DNA from: an uncultured Rikenellaceae bacterium
Lineage (GTDB): Bacteria; Bacteroidota; Bacteroidia; Bacteroidales; Rikenellaceae
DNA length: 64,000 nucleotides
Direction: 5' to 3'
Assembly: GCA_944326945.1 (NCBI GenBank)
Contig: CALVFY010000008.1
Location: 9,994 to 73,993 of the forward strand
The number at the start of each line of letters is the position of its first letter. The stretch's first letter is position 1. Below the pieces are notes generated by a model, which did no database searches, was not told the DNA's origin, and was given only the letters and a program-made list of their open reading frames with translations. Both the position numbers and the translations under genes were made by a program. Below are positions 29,950-40,042 of the stretch, one piece after another.

Positions 29950-31224
29950 TCAATATTTTCCTTTCCAAAGATTTTTGATCCGCTCGGCAATCGTACGTTC
30001 ATGGGTATTGTCGCCAGGCGTATAGAATCTCTTACCGGACATCCCCTCGGGCATAAACTCCTGATCGGCAAAATTTCCCTCATAATCGTGAGCATACTTA
30101 TAGTTGGCCCCATAGCCGAGATTTTTCATCAATTTGGTGGGAGCATTTCGGATATGAAGCGGAACCGGCCGATTGATGGTATCCCGATTTACAAAATCAA
30201 GCGCGGCCCCGATCGCGGCATAAGCCGAATTACTCTTTGGACTGGTAGCCAGATAGATCGTTGCCTCCGAAAGAGGGATACGGGCCTCGGGCATCCCGAT
30301 CTTGTGCACCGTATCGAAACAGGCATTGGCCAGCAAGAGAGCATTCGGATTAGCCAATCCGATATCCTCTGCCGCCAGAATCACCAGTCTTCGGGCAATG
30401 AATTTCGGATCTTCTCCCCCGGCAAGCATACGGGCCAGATAGTAGACCGCAGCATTGGGATCACTCCCGCGAACCGACTTGATAAAGGCCGAAATCACAT
30501 CGTAGTGTTGCTCCCCGTTCTTGTCGTAAAGAGCGATATTCTGCTGAAGACATTCGGTGACATTCTTGTCATTGATAACCACATCGCCTTCCGTCGCTCC
30601 GGTCAGAATGTCGAGAATATTGAGCAACTTGCGCGCATCACCTCCGGAAAAGGTAAAAAGAGCCTCCGTCTGCTCGACCCGGATATTACGTTGCTTGAGT
30701 TCCGTGTCCTGCCGAAGCGCCCGGTCCAACAGCTCCTGCAGATCGGCATCCTCCATCGACTTGAGTACATACACCTGACAACGGGACAGCAAAGGAGTTA
30801 TCACCTCGAACGAAGGATTCTCCGTAGTAGCCCCGATCAGCGTCACCACACCCTGTTCGACAGCCCCCAACAGAGAGTCCTGCTGCGACTTGTTGAACCG
30901 ATGGATCTCGTCGATGAACAGAAACGGCGGGGCCGCATTGAAAAAACGCTGTTTTTTGGCCTGTTCGATCACCTCTCGCACCTCCTTGACCCCCGAGGTA
31001 ACGGCCGAAAGCGTATAGAAAGGCCGCTCCAACGTACCTGCGACCAACTTTGCCAATGTGGTTTTTCCAACTCCGGGAGGCCCCCACAGAATAAACGAAG
31101 GGACATTCCCCGTCTCCAGAAATCGACGAAACACGCCTCCCGGGCCAACCAAATGGCTCTGACCGATATACTCATCGAGCGTGCGGGGTCGCAAACGCTC
31201 CGCCAACGGAATGTGATTTTGCAT
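29950..31224 (-). CDS. rarA: Replication-associated recombination protein A (AAA+ ATPase)
   Basis: The ORF extends to 31320, but the likely start is MQNHIPLAERLRPRTLDEYIGQ at 31224. Walker A is GPPGVGKTT and Walker B is FIDEIHRFNK. The C-terminal MgsA domain has YDVISAFIKSVRGSDPNAAVYYLARML. Confidence 0.9.
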   Translation of the reverse strand: MQNHIPLAERLRPRTLDEYIGQSHLVGPGGVFRRFLETGNVPSFILWGPPGVGKTTLAKLVAGTLERPFYTLSAVTSGVKEVREVIEQAKKQRFFNAAPPFLFIDEIHRFNKSQQDSLLGAVEQGVVTLIGATTENPSFEVITPLLSRCQVYVLKSMEDADLQELLDRALRQDTELKQRNIRVEQTEALFTFSGGDARKLLNILDILTGATEGDVVINDKNVTECLQQNIALYDKNGEQHYDVISAFIKSVRGSDPNAAVYYLARMLAGGEDPKFIARRLVILAAEDIGLANPNALLLANACFDTVHKIGMPEARIPLSEATIYLATSPKSNSAYAAIGAALDFVNRDTINRPVPLHIRNAPTKLMKNLGYGANYKYAHDYEGNFADQEFMPEGMSGKRFYTPGDNTHERTIAERIKNLWKGKY

Positions 31225-31287
31225 GCCGAAAAAAACTTTTTTTGATGGGCTAAAGATAGTAATTTTAATCGCTATCTTTGCTCTCCC

Positions 31288-31779
31288 ATGAAGAAGATCG
31301 GACTCATATCGGATACTCACGGCTGTTTCGACGAAAAATTACGTAATTTTCTGGCCGAAACGGATGAGATATGGCACGCAGGCGACATCGGGACCATCGA
31401 ACTCTCGGATCAAATAGCCGCCTTCAAACCCCTCAATGCCGTACGCGGAAATGCCGACGGAGGGCCCCTGCGCATCGTATGGCCGGAATTCAGCCTCTTC
31501 GAATGCGAAGAGGTGCGCGTACTGATAACCCATATCGGAGGCTATCCCGGACACTACGACAAACGAGCCTGGGGACGTATCATCACCGACCATCCCGACC
31601 TCTTCATCGCCGGACATTCGCATATTTTACGGGTTCAGTTCGACAAAAAAAACAATCTGCTATACCTCAATCCCGGAGCAGCCGGAAGCTATGGCTTCCA
31701 TCGGGTTAGGACCGCTCTCCGGTTCGAAATCGACGGCAAAGACATCCGTAACCTCGAAGTGGGCGAGTGGCCCCGATAA
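31288..31779 (+). CDS. YfcE/MJ0936-family metallophosphoesterase
   Basis: 163-aa ORF with the motifs ISDTHG, HAGD, GNAD and GHSH. Confidence 0.75.
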   Translation: MKKIGLISDTHGCFDEKLRNFLAETDEIWHAGDIGTIELSDQIAAFKPLNAVRGNADGGPLRIVWPEFSLFECEEVRVLITHIGGYPGHYDKRAWGRIITDHPDLFIAGHSHILRVQFDKKNNLLYLNPGAAGSYGFHRVRTALRFEIDGKDIRNLEVGEWPR

Positions 31780-31830
31780 AATATCAGAGGGGCATATTCC
31801 GTTATTCTCTCGAAAAAAACAAAAACGAAT

Positions 31831-34392
31831 ATGCCAATCAGACATTCGAAAGCACTGGAACATTTACTGGCGCAGAGCCTCATCGAGGCCCAAAGAATGG
31901 GTCTGGAACAGGTATGTCCGGAGAGATTATTTCTGGCCATCACGGAGGAAAAAAACTGTCACGCCTTTCATATTCTTCAGAAACTGCTCAAGGAGTGGGA
32001 ACTTCATCAGATCAAACAACGCATCGAACTCGAATGGAGCAAAATCTCTCCGAGAAAACCAGAAGAAAACAGCGAAAATCCATTTCCCGAGACGCTCCGG
32101 AATCGAATAAAATCGGTCTACGAGCGACTGACCCCCAATGCGGGTATTCTGAACACGGGACATCTGCTCATCGCTCTGCTCGAGGATCGGAGTCTGATCT
32201 CGACCCGGGCACTGGAAGCCTACCATGTATTACCGTCCTCTGTAGCCGAATACTTAGTCCAACTGCCCGCAGAAGAGGATTTTTATGAAGATCTGCGCGC
32301 TTTGGAACAAATAAACGACAAGCGGGTCCAGATCCGTAATCTCGATTCATTCCGATCTCGAGAAGAGAACGACAAATACGGTGACGACGAAGACGAAAAC
32401 GATTCGAGTTATCAAGACAACCCGCCGCGAACCCGTACCTCCATGTTGGAGCGATTCGCCTCGAATCTGACTCGTGCCGCATCTGACGGAAAGATCGACC
32501 CTGTAGTGGGACGTGACCAGGAGATCGAACGATTGATCCAGATTCTGGGCCGCCGCAAAAAGAACAATCCGATCCTCATCGGCGAGGCCGGAGTGGGGAA
32601 AAGTGCCATTGTGGAGGGACTCGCCCTACGTATCGCCCGTCGCGAAGTGCCCCATTCGTTACGGGGAAAATCACTCTACTCGCTGGATATCACCTCGCTG
32701 GTGGCCGGGACGAAATACCGGGGACAATTCGAAGAGCGTATGCAGGCCCTGCTCACGGAACTCGCCCAGGACAAAAACATCATCCTGTTCATCGACGAAA
32801 TCCATACAATTGTCGGAACAGGCAGTACGCCTGGCAGTCTCGATACGGCCAATATTCTCAAACCGGCACTGGCTCGGGGAGAATTACAGTGTATCGGAGC
32901 CACCACTCTCGACGAATATCGCGAAAGTATCGAAAACGATAGCGCACTGGAACGCCGTTTCCAAAAGATTCTGGTCGAACCCACCTCCAAAGAGCAAACA
33001 CTGGAAATCCTCCGCAACATCAAGTCCTATTACGAAAAACACCATTTCGTACACTACACTCAGGAGGCTCTCCGGGCTTGTGTGGAGTTGACCGAACGCT
33101 ATATCACCGATCGACAGTTCCCCGACAAGGCCATCGACGTACTGGACGAAGCCGGATCGAAAGCCCACATCTTCCATGTAAAGGAACCCGCCCTGTTGGG
33201 TGAACTCGAAAACAGATTGACCGAAATCGACCGGCTCAAACGGGAAGCTATCCAACAGCAACATTATGAACAAGCCGCCGAAATCCGTATCCGGGAAGTT
33301 GCGCTGAAAAATCGATTGACGGAAACTCGTGCCAGTTGGCAACGTGAACTCTCGATGAATCCTGTGGTAGTACGCGGCGAACACATTCGGCAGGTGATCA
33401 CCTCGATGACAGGCATCCCCGCAGAGAAAATATCTCAAGGCGAACAAATTCGACTCCGAGGGATGGAATCTCATCTGGAATCGATCGTAATCGGACAGGA
33501 CCGTGCAGTGGAAAAGGTAACCCGATCCATCCTCCGAAGCCGGGCCGGACTGAAGGACCCCAACAAACCCATCGGAGTGTTCATGTTCGTCGGACCCACT
33601 GGAGTGGGCAAGACACTTCTGGCAAAAGAGCTGTCACACTGGCTTTTCGATCGGAAAGATGCTCTGATTCGTGTGGACATGAGCGAATATTCGGAAAAAC
33701 ATAACGTAAGCCGTTTGATCGGTTCGCCACCCGGCTATGTAGGCTACAACGAAGGCGGCCAACTGACCGAGAGCGTTCGTCGGCAACCCTATGCCGTAGT
33801 CCTGTTCGACGAGATCGAGAAAGCTCATCCGGATGTGTTCAACATCATGCTCCAGATCTTCGACGAAGGACAACTGACCGACGGATTGGGCCGCAAGGTC
33901 GATTTCCGTAACACGATCATCATCATGACCTCCAATGTAGGGTCGCGCAGAGCCGCCAAACCCAACCATGCAGTAGGGTACAACACGGGCAACAAACCGG
34001 ATATCGAGTCCTCAAACCGCGAAACAACCTATCGCAAAGCCCTTGAAGAGACATTTGTCCCGGAATTCATCAACCGAATCGACGACATCGTTATCTTCAA
34101 CACCCTCACCCGAGAGGATGTGGGCAGGATCGTCGAATTGGAGCTGGCAGAACTGAACAAACGGGTCTCCGGTCTCGGCTACCGTCTCGATATCACTCCC
34201 GAAGCCAAAACCAGACTGGCAGAACTGGGCTATCAAGCCCGATACGGAGTCCGATCGCTCAAACGCACGATCCTCGAACAGGTCGAGGAACCTCTGGCTC
34301 AGAAAATAGTCAACGGAGAGATCGAACGGGGCGACGTGATTCAAATCGGATGCGACGATCAGAAAATAGGCCTGTACAAGAAAGCCGTATAA
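31831..34392 (+). CDS. clpC: ClpC-type ATP-dependent Clp protease ATP-binding subunit (two AAA+ modules, UVR-like linker)
   Basis: 853-aa ORF with a Clp N-domain. D1 Walker A is [10 protein letters not shown]2 Walker A is GPTGVGKT, and the linker is [12 protein letters not shown]. The sensor and C-terminal D2 small domain are present. Confidence 0.9.
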   Translation: MPIRHSKALEHLLAQSLIEAQRMGLEQVCPERLFLAITEEKNCHAFHILQKLLKEWELHQIKQRIELEWSKISPRKPEENSENPFPETLRNRIKSVYERLTPNAGILNTGHLLIALLEDRSLISTRALEAYHVLPSSVAEYLVQLPAEEDFYEDLRALEQINDKRVQIRNLDSFRSREENDKYGDDEDENDSSYQDNPPRTRTSMLERFASNLTRAASDGKIDPVVGRDQEIERLIQILGRRKKNNPILIGEAGVGKSAIVEGLALRIARREVPHSLRGKSLYSLDITSLVAGTKYRGQFEERMQALLTELAQDKNIILFIDEIHTIVGTGSTPGSLDTANILKPALARGELQCIGATTLDEYRESIENDSALERRFQKILVEPTSKEQTLEILRNIKSYYEKHHFVHYTQEALRACVELTERYITDRQFPDKAIDVLDEAGSKAHIFHVKEPALLGELENRLTEIDRLKREAIQQQHYEQAAEIRIREVALKNRLTETRASWQRELSMNPVVVRGEHIRQVITSMTGIPAEKISQGEQIRLRGMESHLESIVIGQDRAVEKVTRSILRSRAGLKDPNKPIGVFMFVGPTGVGKTLLAKELSHWLFDRKDALIRVDMSEYSEKHNVSRLIGSPPGYVGYNEGGQLTESVRRQPYAVVLFDEIEKAHPDVFNIMLQIFDEGQLTDGLGRKVDFRNTIIIMTSNVGSRRAAKPNHAVGYNTGNKPDIESSNRETTYRKALEETFVPEFINRIDDIVIFNTLTREDVGRIVELELAELNKRVSGLGYRLDITPEAKTRLAELGYQARYGVRSLKRTILEQVEEPLAQKIVNGEIERGDVIQIGCDDQKIGLYKKAV

Positions 34393-34442
34393 CAGACAAC
34401 CAGGCAAGGCAAAACCCTGCTTATCAATAAATGAGCGACCGA

Positions 34443-34476
34443 CGGAAGCCCCTCTACTCAGGGCTTCCGTTTTTTT
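34443..34476 (+). terminator. Rho-independent terminator after clpC
   Basis: CGGAAGCCC-ctctactca-GGGCTTCCG followed by TTTTTTT. Confidence 0.8.
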
Positions 34477-34510
34477 AATTCAAACTTTTTTCTTTACCAA
34501 AGGAAAGTGT

Positions 34511-34518
34511 TATCTTTG
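34511..34518 (+). promoter_or_regulatory. Candidate -7 promoter box (TATCTTTG) upstream of the MATE gene
   Basis: Matches TAnnTTTG, 30 nt upstream of the ATG at 34548. Confidence 0.35.
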
Positions 34519-34547
34519 CGGTCCTTTTTGATCAAACCCCGAACCAT

Positions 34548-35921
34548 ATGCCGAACTTTTTCAACCAATACAAGGAACAATATCGCCGAAATCTCACGTT
34601 GGCTGTTCCCGTCGTATTGTCTCAGGCGGGACAGATAATCGTTCAACTGGTAGACAATACCATGGTAGGACGATTGGGAGCACTTCCTCTGGCAGCCGTC
34701 TCTTTCGGAGGATCGGTGTTTTTCATGCTGATGGTCATCGGAGTAGGCATATCTTTGGGTCTCACCCCATTGGTGGGAATCTCCTACTCCCAGAAAGACC
34801 ATCGACGCTCGTCCGCTTACCTGCAAAACGCCATCCTGCTTTATGGCGTATTAAGTCTGATCCTGTTTGCTCTTTCTCAGGCAATCATCCCGTTTATGTA
34901 TCATATGGGACAACCACCCGAGGTGGTCGAAATGGCAATCCCCTATTTCAACTACATTGCCTGGAGTTTGATTCCTCTGCTGCTTTTCCTCGCTTTCAAA
35001 CAATTTCTGGAAGGGATAGGCAATACTCGTGTGGCGATGATGATCATCATCTGTTCGAATGTGGTGAACATCATTTTCAACTACCTGCTCATCTACGGCA
35101 AACTCGGATTCCCCGAGATGGGTGCCGCCGGAGCCGGACTCTCTACACTGATCTCCCGAATCATCACACCGATCTGGGTGATTGTCCATTTCCGCAGGAA
35201 AGTCTCCTTCAACCATTACTTCTCCATGTTCCGATGGAGCAATTTCCAATGGAAAAGAATCAAATCTCTACTCTCCATGGGGATTCCCATCGCCATGCAG
35301 ATGTTTCTGGAAGGATCGGCTTTCGTATTGACAGGAATTATGATGGGATGGATCGGCACTTATCAGATAGCCGGTCACCAGATCACGACCGTCATTTCGA
35401 ACCTCGCATTCATGATCGTCTTGGGAATCGGTGCCGCCACAACCATCCGAATCAGTCACGAATATGGACAAAAAAACCTGATCGCCTTGAAACAGGCGGC
35501 TACGGCCTCCTACCATATCGGACTGGCATGGAACATTTTCACCGCACTGGCATTCGTTCTTTTACGGAATCAGATTCCACTTATGTTCACCTCCGATCCG
35601 GAAGTGATCCGTGTGGCCTCCACACTATTGCTTTTTGCGGCCATGTTCCAGATCTCCGACGGATTGCAGATGATCTCGATCGGTATTCTTCGCGGTTTGC
35701 AGGACGTACGAATCACCAGTGTCATTGCTTTCATCTCCTATATAGTCATCAATCTTCCGGTCGGCTATCTGTTCGCGTTCACTTTCGGATTAGGGGCTCC
35801 CGGCCTCTGGATAGGATTGATTCTGGGACTCTCGACAGCAGCATTCTTGTTGATCCGACGTTTCCGACGACAATACGCACGCCTATTGCAATCTGCATCG
35901 ATCTCCGGTGCGAGGAAATAA
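34548..35921 (+). CDS. MATE-family multidrug/toxin efflux transporter
   Basis: 457-aa ORF with 12 predicted TM segments and a NorM-like N-terminus (LAVPVVLSQAGQIIVQLVDNTMVGRLG). Confidence 0.85.
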   Translation: MPNFFNQYKEQYRRNLTLAVPVVLSQAGQIIVQLVDNTMVGRLGALPLAAVSFGGSVFFMLMVIGVGISLGLTPLVGISYSQKDHRRSSAYLQNAILLYGVLSLILFALSQAIIPFMYHMGQPPEVVEMAIPYFNYIAWSLIPLLLFLAFKQFLEGIGNTRVAMMIIICSNVVNIIFNYLLIYGKLGFPEMGAAGAGLSTLISRIITPIWVIVHFRRKVSFNHYFSMFRWSNFQWKRIKSLLSMGIPIAMQMFLEGSAFVLTGIMMGWIGTYQIAGHQITTVISNLAFMIVLGIGAATTIRISHEYGQKNLIALKQAATASYHIGLAWNIFTALAFVLLRNQIPLMFTSDPEVIRVASTLLLFAAMFQISDGLQMISIGILRGLQDVRITSVIAFISYIVINLPVGYLFAFTFGLGAPGLWIGLILGLSTAAFLLIRRFRRQYARLLQSASISGARK

Positions 35922-36003
35922 CAAAATTTCGCTATATTTGTAGATTGATCATTTCCTGCACGTCTCCCGTGACAGGAACTTAACATAGATACACTGATAA
36001 CCG

Positions 36004-37491
36004 ATGGATTGCAAAAATCATAAAGACGGCTGTTCGCTGGATATGGGGCGAGGATGCGAATTCTGCTGTAACGAAGGTGAGACAACGGCCCGGGCATGCG
36101 AAGGTTGTTACAAACTACACTCCACCAACTGGCTGGAAGGATATCCCGACAACTTTCCCGATGACATTTTCGAAGTCCGTTTCAAAAACACCCGTCGAAG
36201 CTATTATCGTAACGTCAACAATCTGCCACTCAAGCGAGGCGATATTGTAGCCGTAGAGGCTTCTCCGGGTCACGACATTGGAATTGTTTCCCTGACGGGA
36301 GATATGGTGGCCAAACAGATGAAACGCGTAGGTTTCAACCCCCTGAACGGCGAATTCAAAAAAATTTACCGAAAAGCCAAACCCTACGACATAGAGAAAT
36401 GGCAGGAAGCCATTGCATTGGAACACCAGACCATGATCCGTTCACGTCAGATAGCTGCCGAAATGGGTCTCAACATGAAGATCGGAGATGTCGAGTATCA
36501 AGGCGACAAGATCAAGGCCATCTTCTATTACATTGCCGACGAGAGAGTCGATTTCCGGGAACTGATCAAGGTTTTCGCCGAACAGTTCCGCATCCGGGTC
36601 GAGATGAAACAGATCGGCGCCCGACAAGAGGCCGGACGGATCGGAGGATTGGGTTCCTGCGGCAGACAGCTGTGTTGTTCGTCATGGATATCGAGTTTCG
36701 TATCGGTAACCACCAACGCAGCCCGTCACCAGGAGATCTCGCTCAATCCGCAGAAACTGGCCGGACAGTGCGGAAAACTGAAATGCTGTCTGATCTACGA
36801 ACTGGACACCTATATGGATGCCCGTAAAGAGATTCCCAAGATCAATCAACCGCTGCAGACGCTCGAGGGAGAATATCATCTGGTCAAAACCGATATTCTG
36901 GCCCGGACGATGAGTTTCAGCACGGCCCCCAATTCAATGGTAGGAGTAGTGACGCTCCCAGTAACACGTGTTAGAGAGATCATCGAGATCAACAAACGAG
37001 GAAAGAAAGTCGACAAACTGATCGAAATCGACTTGATGACCGCCCCCGAAGAGGAACCCGATTTCGTAAACGTGATCGGAGAGGAGAGTATCACCCGATT
37101 CGACAATAAAAAACGGGACGGGAAAAACAAAAACCGGAATCGAAACCGTTCCCGAGGGAATTCCCTCTCAGGCAATACTCCAGGAGAGAACGCCCCTAAA
37201 GGGAATAATAATCCTGCCGACAGTCGAACAGACAATACCCCCCCCCAACCCAATCCCAACAACAAAGGAAACGGCCGAAACAAAAACAGCAGGAACCGAG
37301 GCAACAACCGCCCGACAACAGACCAAAACCAGCATACAAATATCCCCACAGAAAGTGGGAACCGTCCGGATAACGACAACACCTCGGGTAACGAACGGCG
37401 CCCCCGTCCCAAACGGCATAAAAAACCGGGAAACCGGAATAATGGCAATCCAAAGACTCCCGAAAACGGAAACCCGACCAATCGCTCATGA
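36004..37491 (+). CDS. PSP1-domain (RicT/YaaT-like) protein with a long basic low-complexity C-terminal tail
   Basis: 495-aa ORF with a Cys-rich N-terminus. The PSP1 core has GDIVAVEASPGHDIGIVS...IKAIFYYIADERVDFRELIKVFAEQFRIRVEMKQIGARQEA...CGRQLCC. The last ~130 aa are N/R/P/G/K-rich. Confidence 0.75.
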   Translation: MDCKNHKDGCSLDMGRGCEFCCNEGETTARACEGCYKLHSTNWLEGYPDNFPDDIFEVRFKNTRRSYYRNVNNLPLKRGDIVAVEASPGHDIGIVSLTGDMVAKQMKRVGFNPLNGEFKKIYRKAKPYDIEKWQEAIALEHQTMIRSRQIAAEMGLNMKIGDVEYQGDKIKAIFYYIADERVDFRELIKVFAEQFRIRVEMKQIGARQEAGRIGGLGSCGRQLCCSSWISSFVSVTTNAARHQEISLNPQKLAGQCGKLKCCLIYELDTYMDARKEIPKINQPLQTLEGEYHLVKTDILARTMSFSTAPNSMVGVVTLPVTRVREIIEINKRGKKVDKLIEIDLMTAPEEEPDFVNVIGEESITRFDNKKRDGKNKNRNRNRSRGNSLSGNTPGENAPKGNNNPADSRTDNTPPQPNPNNKGNGRNKNSRNRGNNRPTTDQNQHTNIPTESGNRPDNDNTSGNERRPRPKRHKKPGNRNNGNPKTPENGNPTNRS

Positions 37492-37991
37492 AATTCATAA
37501 GCGGAACATACCTTCGGGGAGCGTTTTACCTGGGCTGTGCCGTATTATTATGTAACTGCATGGCTCAAGAGAGGGTTCATGTCGCCGATGTAAATCCTTT
37601 AGGGTGGAGCAAGAATGAGCCTGCCATCGTCTATTTTCCTAACCAGGATACTGCCTCCATGTGCGACCTGTATGTGGTGGTCCGATACGATAACCGAGCC
37701 GCAGGAAAACAAATCGCGCTGACTATCGATACCGAATCGCCCGATTCCCTCCGCTTTCAAGAACCTTTCACGTTGAGAATTCCGCCCCGGAATTTCGACA
37801 GACCGTTTGAACGGAACTCCTGTTTCTGGGAATGCGAGCAGCCCTATCGCCAACAAGTCCAGCTCTCTCGCAAGGGAGTTTATCAATTTCGCTTCACCCT
37901 TTCCGAGACAGAACAATTAAACGGCATCTCTGCTATCGGGATACAAGCACTCCCCGCCTCATCTGATTCCAAAACACCTAAATCCATGTAA
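37488..37991 (+). CDS. gldH: GldH-like lipoprotein
   Basis: 167-aa ORF whose ATG overlaps the PSP1 stop (ATGA). It has the lipoprotein-like signal LGCAVLLCNC. The pattern W-x-K...Y-x-F...LYVVVRYDN...GISAIGIQ resembles GldH, and its position after a PSP1 gene is common in Bacteroidota. The call is from memory and is not verified. Confidence 0.45.
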   Translation: MKFISGTYLRGAFYLGCAVLLCNCMAQERVHVADVNPLGWSKNEPAIVYFPNQDTASMCDLYVVVRYDNRAAGKQIALTIDTESPDSLRFQEPFTLRIPPRNFDRPFERNSCFWECEQPYRQQVQLSRKGVYQFRFTLSETEQLNGISAIGIQALPASSDSKTPKSM

Positions 37992-37993
37992 TA

Positions 37994-38713
37994 ATGGGAA
38001 AAAACAAACTCAAACGTTTCGAAGAAAATCTCACTTTCCGCAATCTGATACAACCCGCTTTCGACGAAGTCTTTCGTACGAATCACCCCTTGAAAGGCCA
38101 TTGGAGGCAAGACTTTTTCGGCAATGACCATCCTATCGTAGTCGAATTAGGCTGCGGACGAGGAGAATATACGCTTGCATTGGCCAGAAAATTTCCGGGA
38201 ATCAACTTTATCGGAGTAGACATTAAAGGAGCCCGTTTGTGGAGAGGAGCAAAAACAGCTTCGGAAGAGAGGCTGAATAACGCCGGATTTCTTCGTACCC
38301 GTATCGAATTTATCTCCGCAATGTTCGGCCCAGAAGAGATAAATGAGTTATGGATCACCTTTCCCGATCCTCAGCTCAAAAAAGGCAGGGTCAAAAAAAG
38401 GCTTACCGCCCCAGCCTTTTTGGAATATTATGCCGGTTTTCTGGTCAAAGGAGCCCCCATACACCTGAAAACAGATTCGCTTCACCTGCATAGGTATACC
38501 AAAGCGGTCATCGAGAAAAACGGTCTCACCACAGAAGCCGCTTGTGAAGACATTTACGGAAACAATTATGCCGACGAAATCCTTTCGATCAAGACAGCCT
38601 ACGAGACTCAATTCCTCAAACAGGGTCTGCCGATCACCTATTTGCGATTCAATTTGGGAGCTCGAAAAAAATTCGAAATGCCTCCATTCGAACCCGACGA
38701 AAATCTTTCCTGA
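37994..38713 (+). CDS. trmB: tRNA (guanine46-N7)-methyltransferase
   Basis: 239-aa ORF with the SAM-binding motif VVELGCGRGEYT and the motifs WITFPDPQLKK and HLKTD. Confidence 0.85.
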   Translation: MGKNKLKRFEENLTFRNLIQPAFDEVFRTNHPLKGHWRQDFFGNDHPIVVELGCGRGEYTLALARKFPGINFIGVDIKGARLWRGAKTASEERLNNAGFLRTRIEFISAMFGPEEINELWITFPDPQLKKGRVKKRLTAPAFLEYYAGFLVKGAPIHLKTDSLHLHRYTKAVIEKNGLTTEAACEDIYGNNYADEILSIKTAYETQFLKQGLPITYLRFNLGARKKFEMPPFEPDENLS

Positions 38714-38763
38714 GGATCAGAAAGACAAAAAACATAAAAATACACTATTTTTTCGCCACAGGA

Positions 38764-38795
38764 TTTGGTACAAACAAATAATTGATTTATATTTG
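38764..38795 (+). promoter_or_regulatory. Bacteroidota-type promoter for tRNA-Asn (TTTG-N20-TATATTTG)
   Basis: The -33 TTTG is at 38764-38767 and the -7 TATATTTG at 38788-38795, with consensus-like 20-nt spacing, about 67 nt upstream of the tRNA. Confidence 0.5.
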
Positions 38796-38862
38796 CACAC
38801 CGAAAAAGAGAAACCCCAGGCAAAAGGAGAAGAGAAAGTGGGACGGGGTGGAAAAGAGACAT

Positions 38863-38936
38863 TCCTCAATAGCTCAGTTGGTTAGAGCATCTGACTGTTA
38901 ATCAGAGGGTCCCAGGTTCAAGTCCTGGTTGAGGAG
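38863..38936 (+). tRNA. tRNA-Asn (anticodon GTT)
   Basis: A hand-folded cloverleaf is complete. The acceptor stem is TCCTCAA/TTGAGGA and the D stem is GCTC/GAGC. The anticodon stem TCTGA/TCAGA carries the loop CT-GTT-AA. The T stem CCAGG/CCTGG carries the loop TTCAAGT. The discriminator is G, and no CCA is encoded. Confidence 0.9.
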
Positions 38937-38940
38937 CTTG

Positions 38941-38988
38941 AAAATCAAGAACTTGCAGCATGTGTTGCAGGTTCTTGATTTTTTTGTT
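38941..38988 (+). terminator. Strong rho-independent terminator after tRNA-Asn
   Basis: 15-bp stem AATCAAGAACTTGCA-gcatgtgt-TGCAGGTTCTTGATT (one G-U pair) followed by TTTTTTG. Confidence 0.8.
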
Positions 38989-39087
38989 CATACACCATTT
39001 ACACACCACTCACTCCCTTAGACCTCTTGATATGCCAATAAACGGGATCAATCGGCACGAATATGCGCCCGTCCCTCCTGCTTCAAA

Positions 39088-39939
39088 TCACACAATCTTT
39101 TGATTGATATTACGGTACTGTTTCGGAGTAATACCATATATACGGTTGAATACACGATAGAAATATCCCAGATTGCGATAACCGCACTTGCAACAGATCT
39201 CTTTTATAGGCATACTGGTCATGGATAACTGACTTACGGCATAACGCATCTTCATTTCCAAAATAAGTGAGATCAAAGTCTTTCCCAGGCAACGTTTTAC
39301 CACACGATTTACATAATCCTCATTCCGGTTGCACAAAGAGACAAAATAGGATACTCCCTTGGTAAATGACTCGGGATTGTTATAGATCTTGATGGCATTG
39401 GCAAGCCACTCCGGGACATCAAGGAACTCCTCGATATGTACTTTCGAAACAATCTGCCGGAAAAGGAAAAGCAGAAAACTGTCCTGCTGGATAATGTTGC
39501 GTTCCTGTCTCATCAAATCCTCCGCCCTTGCAGATAGCCTCTTGAGAATGTCTTTGGAAAGGAAGGTATGAAACGGGACTATAGATTCAGTCCAAAAAAA
39601 GTCGGAGGATGTCTGAAAATAACGTTCCCTTAAAAAAGCGAGAGTCGACTTGGGGAAAGCTATATTCACCAGCGTCAATCCCTTTCCGAAAGAGGAAAAC
39701 GTATGAGTATCGTCAGGTCTTATCATATATAAGTCTCCGGCAGCAATCCGGACATCATGTCCGTTGACATGATGCACCCCCTCCCCGCATTCTATCCAGA
39801 ATATTTCCGAATAATCATGACAGTGATAGGTAAGGTCCTGTTTCGAAGTAATATTTACCCTTGCTATATGGAAAACTTCCCCGGCCCGAAGGAAGAAATC
39901 CAATGCAAATCTCTCGGCCATACTCCATTTTTTGCGCAA
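39088..39939 (-). CDS. AraC/XylS-family transcriptional regulator (N-terminal cupin sensor plus C-terminal double HTH)
   Basis: 283-aa ORF with an alternative start MAERF at 39921. The cupin part is HCHDYSEIFWIECGEGVHHVNG and the C-terminus is ICCKCGYRNLGYFYRVFNRIYGITPKQYR. It is divergent from the GRE operon. Confidence 0.85.
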   Translation of the reverse strand: MRKKWSMAERFALDFFLRAGEVFHIARVNITSKQDLTYHCHDYSEIFWIECGEGVHHVNGHDVRIAAGDLYMIRPDDTHTFSSFGKGLTLVNIAFPKSTLAFLRERYFQTSSDFFWTESIVPFHTFLSKDILKRLSARAEDLMRQERNIIQQDSFLLFLFRQIVSKVHIEEFLDVPEWLANAIKIYNNPESFTKGVSYFVSLCNRNEDYVNRVVKRCLGKTLISLILEMKMRYAVSQLSMTSMPIKEICCKCGYRNLGYFYRVFNRIYGITPKQYRNINQKIV

Positions 39940-40021
39940 AATTACATAAAAAGTCGGAATAAGATAAATAATCTACATTTTATCAAAATAAGTTCATCGC
40001 ATAAGGATAATAAATATAACA

Positions 40022-40029
40022 TAGCTTTG
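40022..40029 (+). promoter_or_regulatory. Candidate -7 promoter box (TAGCTTTG) for the GRE operon
   Basis: Matches TAnnTTTG, 14 nt upstream of the first in-frame ATG (40043). A later Met codon at 40076 (MTGTITTIQRMSIHDGPGIR) could be the real start. Confidence 0.35.
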
Positions 40030-40042
40030 TAAAGGAGTAAGT

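Noticed and set aside
30001-31245. A 414-aa ORF antisense to rarA.
   Set aside because: It is a shadow frame of a gene with clear Walker A/B and MgsA motifs.
36876-37481. A 201-aa antisense ORF and apparent short tandem repeats within the 3' end of the PSP1 gene. I considered them as a repeat array or separate gene.
   Set aside because: The repetitiveness reflects AAC/AAT/CGN-rich codons of the sense-strand low-complexity tail. The sense frame is continuous with the PSP1 core and stop-coupled to the next gene.
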